From Fimbriosthenelais zetlandica (Eukaryota), in the NCBI GenBank assembly GCA_977030845.1, contig OZ365115.1, positions 7,378,001-7,442,000 on the forward strand: DNA of 64,000 nt, given 5' to 3'. Below are positions 26,412 to 37,729 of the stretch, one piece after another. Each line of letters starts with the position of its first letter. Within the stretch, counting starts at the first letter, position 1. Made by a program: the position numbers and the translations under genes. Under the pieces are notes generated by a model. The model was given only the letters and a program-made list of their open reading frames with translations, was not told the DNA's origin and made no database searches.

Positions 26412-29400
26412 GTATGTGTATTAGATATTCTGAAAGGCAGAAGTGTTAACCTGGACATATGTTTTGTTGTTGGGTTTTGGGCCAATAGTAACGTTCTGGT
26501 ATACTTTTATGTGCCATTTTAATGGCTTTGTTCTTCAAACAAATATTCCCATTGGCTAAGGTCTTTGCCACTGCATTAACCCATATAGGTTTAACCGTTG
26601 GATCATGGAACATGTCTATCTTGGGAAACAGAGCCTCTGAAGTTAGCGTTGATGAGGGGTGAAGGGTGAGGTTTGTGGTTGTTAGTGGTTAACCATGGTT
26701 TGTTACATGTTTGCTGGGTGTGATGATGTCCATTGTTATGTCTCATTGACATGTGATGTGTGAAATTACTTCATGATGAGTGTAATCAATGCGTGTTGGT
26801 GGTAGTGTGAGAGACATGATAGATGACAGAACATGTAAGCTGGTACATGATATCACTATCTCCACTGCCAAGACATCTAGATTGAGTGTGTGACATGGCC
26901 GTAGTATTCACTAGGTCCGGGAAATGCATGGGAATGTGTGACTGGTGTTGCCTTCACCAAAAAGCCATACCGCATTACCCTTTACTACAGACAGTTTTGA
27001 ATTTCGTAATAAAAATGAAGTAAAGGAAAAACACAGAAAATACAACAAACCCCAAAAAATGAGTAAGGAATGGAATTGAATCCTTATGTAAAGATAAAGG
27101 ACTAATGTCGTCACAGAAAATATTTTTCGTAGCAAACATCACTAAGAGGGGAAACCTGTTTGACAGTTATCTATGAACGCCTTTTAGCCTAATTCTTTGA
27201 TTCCTGTTCAAATACCTGGAAACCAATGGGGATTCTCCCGAACTCCATTCGTTATGTTTCGTATCTTTCGTATTTTAAAAAAACCCATGAGGGCCATCAC
27301 CAGGCCAGATAAATTAAATCATGAATCAAGATTGTTTGTCATTGGGATTTATTAATGATTTATACTCATTGACTACTTAATTTGGTCCGAGCATTTTCCT
27401 TCCCTGCTCGTCCATCATAGTCTTTTCCTGTTTTGATCGTCCTTCCTTTTTGCTCACTTTCTTTTACTTTTAAACATTTCTTACATTTCTCTCCGTTCCT
27501 TCCATCCCTTCCTCATCACTTTCCACCGCTTGTCTCGCTCGCCGACCTCACCTTTCATAATACCGAGGTTAATCTATCGGTTTTATTGACGTAACACAGA
27601 TGCCTCAGGGGCAGTCCCCCATCGGATGCCAGGGGCAGACGCTGAATCCCGGATATTTGAAGCTTTTATTCTTGTTTCCTAGGACAAAAGTGCGGGTTTG
27701 TGGGCTGGATGAATGGGAGAGATGGGCGGAAGTTACTGGGGGAAACTTTCATTACTCATAAGTCTCGCCATCTCAGACAAGATCCTTCATGTTACCACAT
27801 ATATACTGTAGACACAAACCATATGTGATCTGAGAAGAGTTCAGAGAAATGCTGATATTAAATCTCCTCACTTTTGACATATCTCTCCTCCCTTTGCCTC
27901 CCAGACTGAACCCCTTTGAAATGCCATAGAGTACATGACCTGACTTGTATCATATTTCTCCTGAAGGGGGCACTATATTTCATCTAGGGCAAAGAAGATT
28001 TAGCATGCATGATAGAATCCTGACAGGGGGTGATGACGTCAGGGAAGGAACGCTGCGAATTCTGAATTCCTGGCACTAATTAAAGAAGGCTAATTAAGCC
28101 AATCATTCTGGCGATGCAGACCAGCAAACTATTTTAGGAAAATGAAAGAAATTTTTCATGATTTAGTAGGCAATGCTTGCCGAAGAAAAACCCCAGGCTG
28201 TAATCACATTAATTGCCATAATGAAGTTAGATTAATTATCAAACATTCAGTTTCAATAAAGGATTCCTGTGGAGCTTTAAGGATTGGAATTGGCATGGTT
28301 CTTTCTGTAAAAGGCCCCCTCCATATGTGCTTATAATTGAAGGCAATCATTTTGTATTGAAGATAAGACCAATCAGATCATTGTTGAATTATTTGTTGTG
28401 CTTGATTATGTTGAGCCGTAATGTAATTATTGCCTAAACACAATATTGTTATTGTCCATTAGCCGTCATCTCATTCCATTAATTCTGATCAATGTCAATA
28501 TCATTGATTCGCATTGATTCATCTTCAGGCTTGGCACAAACTGATGATGTACCTTGTTTATATGCCAACCTCATTACGGCTACAAGGTCGTATATATAAA
28601 CTTAAACATATACCAGTATATCTAAGCTGTTTTAATTAAATTACTTTAATTTAATTAATTACTTTTTTATTCAAACAAAAGTGGAGACTCAAAGAACAAG
28701 GCCATTGCATATCAAGGACACACCTGTATCATAAGGTGTCAATGCACTTCAAATTACTTTGTAGAATTGGACAAAACTGGCATTTAGCAGGCTTATCCCG
28801 AGCTATAGCATTGAGATCATATTGTTCAAGCCCAATTCAAACGATCAGAAGGACAATGACTTTGAAAGCTGCAGTAGGAATATTAAACAAGAACAAAAAT
28901 GTTTAGAACATTTGTCAAGAGGTGACTTTTGAAACTGGCAGCTGTGACGGGCGTAGCTGAATAAGTGGCTGCATACTGAATACTGCCTTATTGTATGTTC
29001 AAGTTCCCGGATGTTGAACATTGCACGATGGAATATAAAACCTTCCATGGTATGGTCAAACATATATATATGTGCAAGAATAATGTACAGTACATCTCTA
29101 ACCAGTCCCAAATCAGGACTGCACTCATACTGGTCAGAACAGATTATAGTACATTCATGGTACCATGTAAATGAATATTAGATTGAATCTGCCTGCAATC
29201 CCCTATTCTAAGTACCCACAATAGTGTCCCTATACCTAGATCTGAAAGCATCCATGGCAGGAGTCCAGTTAGCCTTAGATTAAAGCCACCTAAATGGTTT
29301 GTAACTGAAGCTGTGACCTTGTGTGTGTACATGCATGGGCATGTGTGAGTGGATATAGATTGAGACACCAAGCTAGAGTTGGCATATGGAGGACTTGGCA

Positions 29401-32400
29401 GCCTAGGTCCACAGCTTGCACTGGGGTTAAGGCACTGTAGTCATTGCCTCAGGCTTAGTATGGATACTGTGTGATCAACTGTTGGTACTTCCATTGATTG
29501 GTCTTTATATTAATCAGCAATATTATTGATTAATCATCAATTGATTAATCTGTCATTGATCCATGATCAGGCCTCTGCAATGTCATTTCCTCTGATAATA
29601 CCAGTTTCTACAGGTTCCAGGACGTCAATTTTTGATCCTCTGGTGACTGAATTCAAAATGCAGAACATCCCATTAAAATCTGTCATTTAAATTGCTTTCA
29701 CAACCAGCACAGAATGTGTTCAAGGTCCATGAAGAAATGCCCTGGCTCTGCAATGACCTGCCTTGAGGCCATATATAAACCAATATTACACCTTTTAACA
29801 GCCAGTCAGGCAATAACCTGAGTCTCCACGGATGCTTTTCATTCACACTTGCAACTCATTCAAGTCGCCCCCTTACACTAATTTCACACAAGTTTTACCC
29901 CTCCTCCCCTCGTGTCTTCCTCCCTTTAAACACATTTTACAATGATTTGTGGATGTTTCCATCATGCTCCCACACCTCTCCCCCACCATGTTCCCCCTAT
30001 TGCCTCTCCCTCTTCAGTATTTTGGATTTTTTCGCCCATTTTAATCAGGTTTTCGAGAATAATCAATATAACAAATGGCGTGTACCCCGTGTGTTGATGT
30101 TAGGAGAGCAGACAGCTCTTGAAAGCATCATTCCATTCTGCGTCTCTTTTTCATCTTTGGTTTTGTGTGCCTGAATTTTTCCCTTCCTTTTTTTGGAAAC
30201 TTGCACTGGTCCACGCGATTCAGGAAACCATCCGGAATTATAGAATCCACTGATGGAGTAGAGACACTGACAAAGAACTTTTTCGGATCATTCTATAAAA
30301 TATTAAGCTCACATGTCAACTTTGTTTTAGTTTCCATCAGATCAAGTATTGTGAGGTTTATCTTTGACGCGGTTGGATGGATGTAATGGCTGGTGACAGA
30401 AGCCTGATGCATGGTTCTGCCTAAGGATTTGGTTAAAATGAACATGGTGTCATTTCACTGATTAAAACATGATCCACAAGTGGGGAAATGTAACACACGG
30501 TAATCAATCATTAATGCAATCAACATTAACATGCAGATTAATGTTCTATAGGCACAATGACAGGAAGTAGGCTGCTTGGGTGGATTTCCGCAATAGAATG
30601 TAGACTGGATTGTGAAGTTGAAGGCGTGCAGACTGCCTTATCTAATCAACCCTACCATATAGAATGATTAGAGAAAGTCCTTAGTTGACATGGGAAAATT
30701 GGTAGATAAACTTCTACAATATAATTATAGGCAATATGAATAATATATTTATGTCTGCTCGCATTGGGTATATAGACTACATGATGAAAATCAATAACAC
30801 AATACTAATTAACTTGTTCATTAGTCGAAAATGCTCATTAGTCAGAGGACAAAATATCTTAAGAGCAACAATTGGTACCAAATGATCTGGAATTTCTAGA
30901 TTTCTAGACATTTGTACTGTTGTCTTTGTCTTGCTAATGAACATATTTTTCCCTCTGGGATAGAATTCTGGATAGTCATTAGTTTCTGTTGATCCCTCTA
31001 TTACTTGATGTGGAATGAAATTTCATTGTTGTGACAATATCCTTTTTCCTAGAAATTTAGAATAGCAACTGGGTTGAATGAATGAGACAACAAGAGAAGG
31101 AAAGATAATGGGAAGTGCGTGGGAAGGCTCGTGCATGACTAGTGGCTGATAATACATGAAGATAGGCCCAGGAAGTGAGCGATAATACCAGAGAACAGGC
31201 AGCTAAATGCTATTATACTTGATAATTGAATACCTCTTCCTCATTTCACTTCCAATGGAACAATAAAAAAGTACTGGCGACTAAAAGGATGTCATAAAGA
31301 ATTGGAGGGCAGGTGAACTCGTTTAGTCTGTCCACAGATCATGGCATACATCTTGTACTAATGCATGTATGCATGCTTTTGTTTTTGCTGACTTATAAAT
31401 TATTTTACTTCCTGATATGTGTATATAGACTTCTGCAGACCATTTCCGTGCTGCTGTATTGCGTTCTATACCCAATTTATCGGCGACATCCATTTACTGA
31501 GGGTATTGCCAATTGGACAATAAGTACGTCTGCCTATAGCAACCCTATTTCACCGGTACCATCCTATGCCTCTCCTTTAATTATTGTTCACACTAAACAC
31601 ATGTCTTCTGGGACATTTCCCCAATCAATTCGTTAGGAAACGATAGATTGCAACCTTGCTAGGACACCTACAAACTGCAAGGTCATTCTGGGCGGGAGAG
31701 GGAGGATGCACCAAAGCCACATGACCTGTTCCTACGCCTCTGATTGGCTTGTTTCACACCAGTTCTTTTGATGTGGTCACATGGGCCAGGCTATCTATGG
31801 CCCCACACAAGAAAGAGAATATGGAGGTTTTTGCTGGCTTGGTGTTAATCATGCCCATTAAATGTATTGCACTGGGGCAACTGACACCTGAGCACAAAAG
31901 CAGCTGAGTGGCTCTCGCAGGGCAACGTGAGTGAATGTGCCTGCGTGCAAGCCTTATTTTTCTGCCTTTAGGCACATGTGTATGTGTGCGGATTGGGTTA
32001 AAGGATCGGGATCGACAGAAGCTGTTCACTCAAAGTGAGAATTCACCCCAGCCAACAGCTTAAAATCTGTAACTGCTGGTTTCCGCCTCTGGTATTTCCC
32101 ATGTCTGAACTAGCTCGACCCCAGACTAGGCGGTATTTCTGCCCCATTCAAAGATACAAAGTGAAACCTTTTTTATTCAATAAGTTTTTGCTAGAGTAAA
32201 TTTGCTATACAAGGTCGGAAAATATCTTCAGCTTAATCTGCAAGACTTGCTGATGTATTTCCCCCCATTTCACCCGTTTATGCTCCTTTGAACTGTGTCC
32301 CATGACAAGTGTGCCTTCTGCAGCCAAATAGCTTGACTTGTTTTCCCATTTTCTGAAAGATATTGCCATGACATGCCAGATTTCCAAGGGATAAATGTTC

Positions 32401-35400
32401 AAACGCTATATATCTTATTTAGAAAAAGAGGTGCACCATATGGGACCTACAAATGGTTATTAACAGCATCTATGATTAATTGTGCTCACTATCCCTTGCT
32501 AGCGATAATATAAGTTTCCAGTGGATGTTGAGCAACTGCCTAAACTTCTTGCTTTTGATATTTACGATCCACTCCATCTGCCTAAACAGTTTATTGTCTA
32601 TGACACAGGACTGGGATTACCCAAAAGAGAGCAGTGTGCGTAAATTGTGCCTGGAGCAGGTAAATTAACGTTGCTGATCGGGTGTTCAATTTGTTACTTT
32701 AATCTAGGAGGTGGCAGGGAAGAAGAGAGCGAGGGGTAGGGTGCAGGTGTTGGTGATAGGGGCAGCCCGGATGGCCTCCAGTCATTTGGCCCTGTCTGCT
32801 CATTCCTCGCGACTAGTTTCCACTCTGGTACAAATAACTGAACACCATTTGTCAGCTTTTAATCTGCAGTCTTCTGTTGGTATACTTGACTGTCTGATAC
32901 TTTGCTACAAACACATAAACCGTTATGTTTTTGTAGTCGTCATAATATCCAGTACCATGTCACCAAATATTTAAGAAACTGTCACATTCTGAACTTGGTC
33001 GGGGTATTTTAAACCCTGCTGTCACAAAGTCACATCGGGTTGGATCAACTGTCAGAAGCCCCGTCTATATGCTGTCAGGCAGGTGTCACCTTCCTCCTGT
33101 TTTTTCCTGCCGTCTGACTCCCTGTTTCGTTTCTAATTAATTGGGTGCATGTTTTGAGGGGGCACTAAGGTGCCATGTATTTTTGTCACACATTTATTGA
33201 TTAGTCTTCATGGTTCTGGATTCGATTTTGAGTAAGCTATAAAATTATGTGTTCTAATCCCTGATCAGTCCACATATCATAATCCATCATGTACATATCA
33301 ATCATTTTGATTATAGCTAAAACTGAGTAAAAAATAACTAGTGAAGTGCATAGCAAGTTGAGATTGATTGTTGCAAAAGTGGTCACATCTTATCCCCAGA
33401 TTATGTACCGTCCTAACCCATCAGTATTCGACATGATCGTATTGATGAGATTCTCATCCACCCTTTTGAAGCTGATCCTCTTGACGACCACAGCCATCAT
33501 GTCAGTATGGTGATCGAGTGCCAATTCACGTCTAAATCTGATTCAAAACCCTCCTGAATCCATCCACCCACCTCTTATCCCACACTCTGGACTATCACTT
33601 CAAAGGCTGTGACTTTATTGACTTCAAAGACCCTGACAAACATGTAACAACAGGCAGCTTGTGAGATCTGGTCAATATATTGGACAGGACACAAAAAATT
33701 GGCCATGCTCCTCCCTGAATAATTGCCTTTTCTGTCCAAGTGGCATCAGGGTCCTGTCTGAGGATCTGGAGATAGAAAGAAAAGAAACATGGACAGACAT
33801 GATGAAAGTGAAAAAGGGGCTTTGTTTGATAAGATGGCCTCCACGGATGTCCAATCTGTAGGGGGAACCAACCAGCTATAGCCGGCCAATATAGATGTGT
33901 GTGCCCGGTGACCAGGATGATCTCCTTCATCCACACGGGGGACCAGTCAATACCAAGAGGCCCGAGACTAAAGGCGGGGCTCTCTGTCACGTGATCTTGT
34001 CCTTTTGTCATGTGACCTTCATTGCCAGTCGCTCCCCGGTGGGCGGCATTACAATGAGTACTGAGTGAGCGATAATAGGCAAGTTTGAATATTTAATGTT
34101 AGTACACAGGATGCCATAGTCAGACGTAGATCTGAGGACGGCAATCAGCATCTCACTTACACAGGCTACAGCTGTCTTCAAATAGTGGAAAGTGAAAAAT
34201 TCTATCGTACTGCATGTACTATTCTGAAGATCTGAATTCAGTATTCCAGTAGGATGGATTCATGGGTCAGGTCACCCTTTTCCTCCCCTCCCCCCACGCC
34301 CCCCACACACCCACCTTCCCAAATGCTTTAGATGTCATATCCCCTTTTTAGACTATAGGATTTAATATTAATTATTTGGAACAAGGGAGTGGCCAAATTT
34401 GGACTGAGTAGGACTAGTACATTGCCCTCCAGTGAATCTTGATTATAATCACCACGGATCACTGGCTTTGCACTTTAATTCAAGTTTGAACTTGAGAAAA
34501 AGCGTTGAGTGAAGCTGAGCACCTTTTGAAACCATTAAATATTCAGGGTGAACTGATGCTTGAACCTGGCACTGCACCTGGTATCGGGCGGGTTCCCTCC
34601 TCCTCCTCCAAGGAAACTATAGCTACCTCTAACTCCACCTCTCTCTAAAATAGCAGAGTAATCCAGGCTTTCCGCTGTTTATTTAGTCTAGCATACTCTT
34701 TCCAGCAAGGCTCTTCTACCCCCACTTCCTGTCCCCGGAGGGATTCCCTCCGCCGCTAGCACCCCCTGGTCGAGCAAATTAAAGTTTTACAGAAGCGAGC
34801 AAAGCTCATTCAAGACAAGCGGGGGATATTTCCTCCGGCTCATTTCAATTTCCCATTGAATCTCTGTAAATACTTGTTGGGCACGGCTGCTCGGTCTGCT
34901 CCTGTTAGATTGGATTCAAGGAATAGAGTCAATCTAACGTGTACGGGGGTCATTAGTTTGCGCATCATTCCCGCCGTGTATGCAATGTCTGTATAGGCTA
35001 TTTTCTATCTCACAGACACATTTCCCTATTTCTCCAAAGGTACCCTTGCCTCTCATTCCCACTATAGACTACCAGAGATGCCATAAGGAATTTGAGTGGA
35101 TGGAAGTAAAGTGGCATAAACTGTCTGGTATAGAAAGCTGGATAGGCAGTGATGGGGGTCTATATTTTATGGAATCCTCATTTCAGATAATTATACAAAT
35201 TATCTCTCTCACCCCCACCCCAAGCCACACAGACACACACATACCCCACACACCTCCAGACTAACACACCATTACCTGCAAAATCATGGCAGTGTCCTCT
35301 ATTTGATGAGATGAGGCCTGGACCTACAACAGGGGTTAATACTAACCCAAGGCTATGCTGTAACACATTTACCTAATGGCATGCAATTTACTCTTATTAA

Positions 35401-36869
35401 TCCTAACTCATTCAATTCTCGTTGTTGTAGAGAGGTTGCGGCGACGGATGACGTCATTCCTCAAGGGCAAATAGGATGTAAATGTTCGGAACAAGGGACT
35501 GGAAGGTTAGTGTTACGTTTGGCTTTATCTTATAAGTAATACCCATGTATTTCGTTTCTGAAACGGGCGACAACAAAGATGTATACTGCATGTATTAGCT
35601 AATGTAAAGTATATTGTCTATAATGTATATTTCTTAGGAAACATGCCTAACAAAACATTTAGAAATTTGAGATACTAATGATACCCTATTCTAAAAAAAA
35701 GCTTATTCCTAGAATGGTAATTATACAGTATTTTTTTTTTATTAATTTTTAAATAGGTAAGTGAGATGATTTCAAATGGGTCAATTAAGATTGAAACTGT
35801 ATAGAAGACGAAAACAGATATGAGATGTTACTAATTTAAAGGTGAATAGGTGAGTAACACAAAATCTTAACTTGATAACTAGTTTTTAAGGGACTGTTGA
35901 ATATGGTCAGACTTCATGAGGCGAACGCTCATAAGGGACAAGTGAAGAGCAATATCAAGAAAGTAAAGAGGGAGTAAATGGAGAAAACTAGGACCAATGT
36001 AAACAGAGGAGGTCTACCATAGAAATCGGAAGCACCCAGGGATCACCCTTGACCAGTGTGTCATAGTGAGATCTTCTCACTTTGTATTGAATTGTCTCTC
36101 GGGGCTTTCCACAGCCGGCCTGTATCCGAGTGATAAGACACTCCAACTACTTGTACCACTTCACCAGCAATCACCATGACAACCGAGTCATGGCAACACA
36201 TCACAGCCGCTGCCCTATATAACAGCATAATTAAAACTCACCACTCTAGCCAATCATCAAACCATTAGCCATAATTACCCCGCTTTTCACCACTCCGCCA
36301 TTGGGAAATTTCCCCTATTCCACGAATCAATATTTGTCGGTCGATCAACTCAGCAAGGCTGTCTCCTCCTCCAGTCGCCATCTTTCTTTTCACAATTGAT
36401 TGTTTTGCCATGAAAGGGGGAATGGATGGCCAGGAGATGATGTTGTGCAGAGCAAATTGTGGAATCTCACTCCCAAGAAAAAATCTTCAGAGCTAAATCA
36501 CCGCTGAAGACGAAGACTTAACACGTGGTGTTACAACACTTCCACCACTGGTTCTGGCCCGGTTGAGTTAAAAATAACCCGTGACAGGCTTATAATTCAT
36601 GCCAGACAAACTGCTTCAGGGATTCCTAGTGCTACTGGGAGACTTGTTCCGTTCAAGACGTGATGCTTGTTCTTTGTAGAGGTCAAGTTTCTTGCCACTC
36701 TATCTTCCCCCTCGTCTGTGGCTTTCAATTAAAACCCTATGTTGAACCCTTGTAGAACATGTAAACTGGAATTGATGCTCAGACATACTATTCAGACTTT
36801 CATTAGGCAGTAATTCAGATACTGCTCTAATTCATACTTTCAAGATTTGACCCCTTCAAAAGTAGCTCT

Positions 36870-37400
36870 GTTCAAAAACAGTATCGTCCATTTGGATGTA
36901 ATAATGTTGGAACATTACTTTAAATGGCCTGGAAAGTTAAAGACCTGGATGGATGAATTGAAGATAATATATCAAGCCAAACGCTATAGTGGGAAACTAT
37001 TCGGCAAAGCTCCCATGCATCTTATGGATAACACTCCACTCGACACTGATGGCCTTGGAGCGGGAAGATTGGTGTTGGGAATTGGAAGTTGATGTTACAT
37101 CTGGGAGTGATGAATAATGCCAATATTCATTCTCCTATATTGCCAATATTGCAAATATTAACGCAAGCCTTGCATTCAACCAGTGAAACCTTATGCATTG
37201 GAGGCTGGCAAGTGCATGGTACGGCCTGCACCTCCCTGTATTGGTCAGGGAATGCGTGATATCCTCCAGCCGACGTTCCCCCGAGACAGGAACCAATAAG
37301 GCTTGAGGCATGAAAATATGGAGCAAGGAACTGTTGCCTCGGGTCTCGTGTGAATTTATGACATCCTCCTGAGATTTCGTTGGTGCAAACATGGTTCCCA
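36870..37400 (+). mobile_element. Ty3/gypsy integrase relic
   Basis: HYFKWPGKLK...GKLFGKAPMHL resembles HF+WPG+.K...GKP...KAPL. IGQG (SDQG) and HP (YHP) follow in the expected order. Confidence 0.33.
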
Positions 37401-37618
37401 CCCGTCCCCTCAACTACAGCCCACTTCATGTACGTTGCGGCAGATTATTACCAATGTTCTAAAATCATTAGAACAGAAGGCGGATTAGCATTTACAGCTT
37501 GGATCACCATAGACCACTGCGGGAGATAGTGAGAGAAGAGCATTGACAGAAGCCTCTTGTGGTCGCCAGTCCTCCTGGCTTATTTCTCCTATTGAAATGT
37601 CAGCCATCTGAGGAGTAA

Positions 37619-37729
37619 ATGATGGTATTCCTGGTTTCAGTATTAGTGGGAGCTTTGGTAGCGGTGTCGTCCCACTGTTTATTGTTTAATGGCCGTGACA
37701 GTACCTGTCAGTGTTTTTGGACCGTCTGG
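37619..37729 (+). CDS. Candidate first coding exon with signal-peptide-like N-terminus
   Basis: MMVFLVSVLVGALVAVSS-HCLLFNGRDSTCQCFWTVW ends exactly at a consensus donor TGG|GTAAGT (phase 0). No partner exon identified. Confidence 0.25.
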
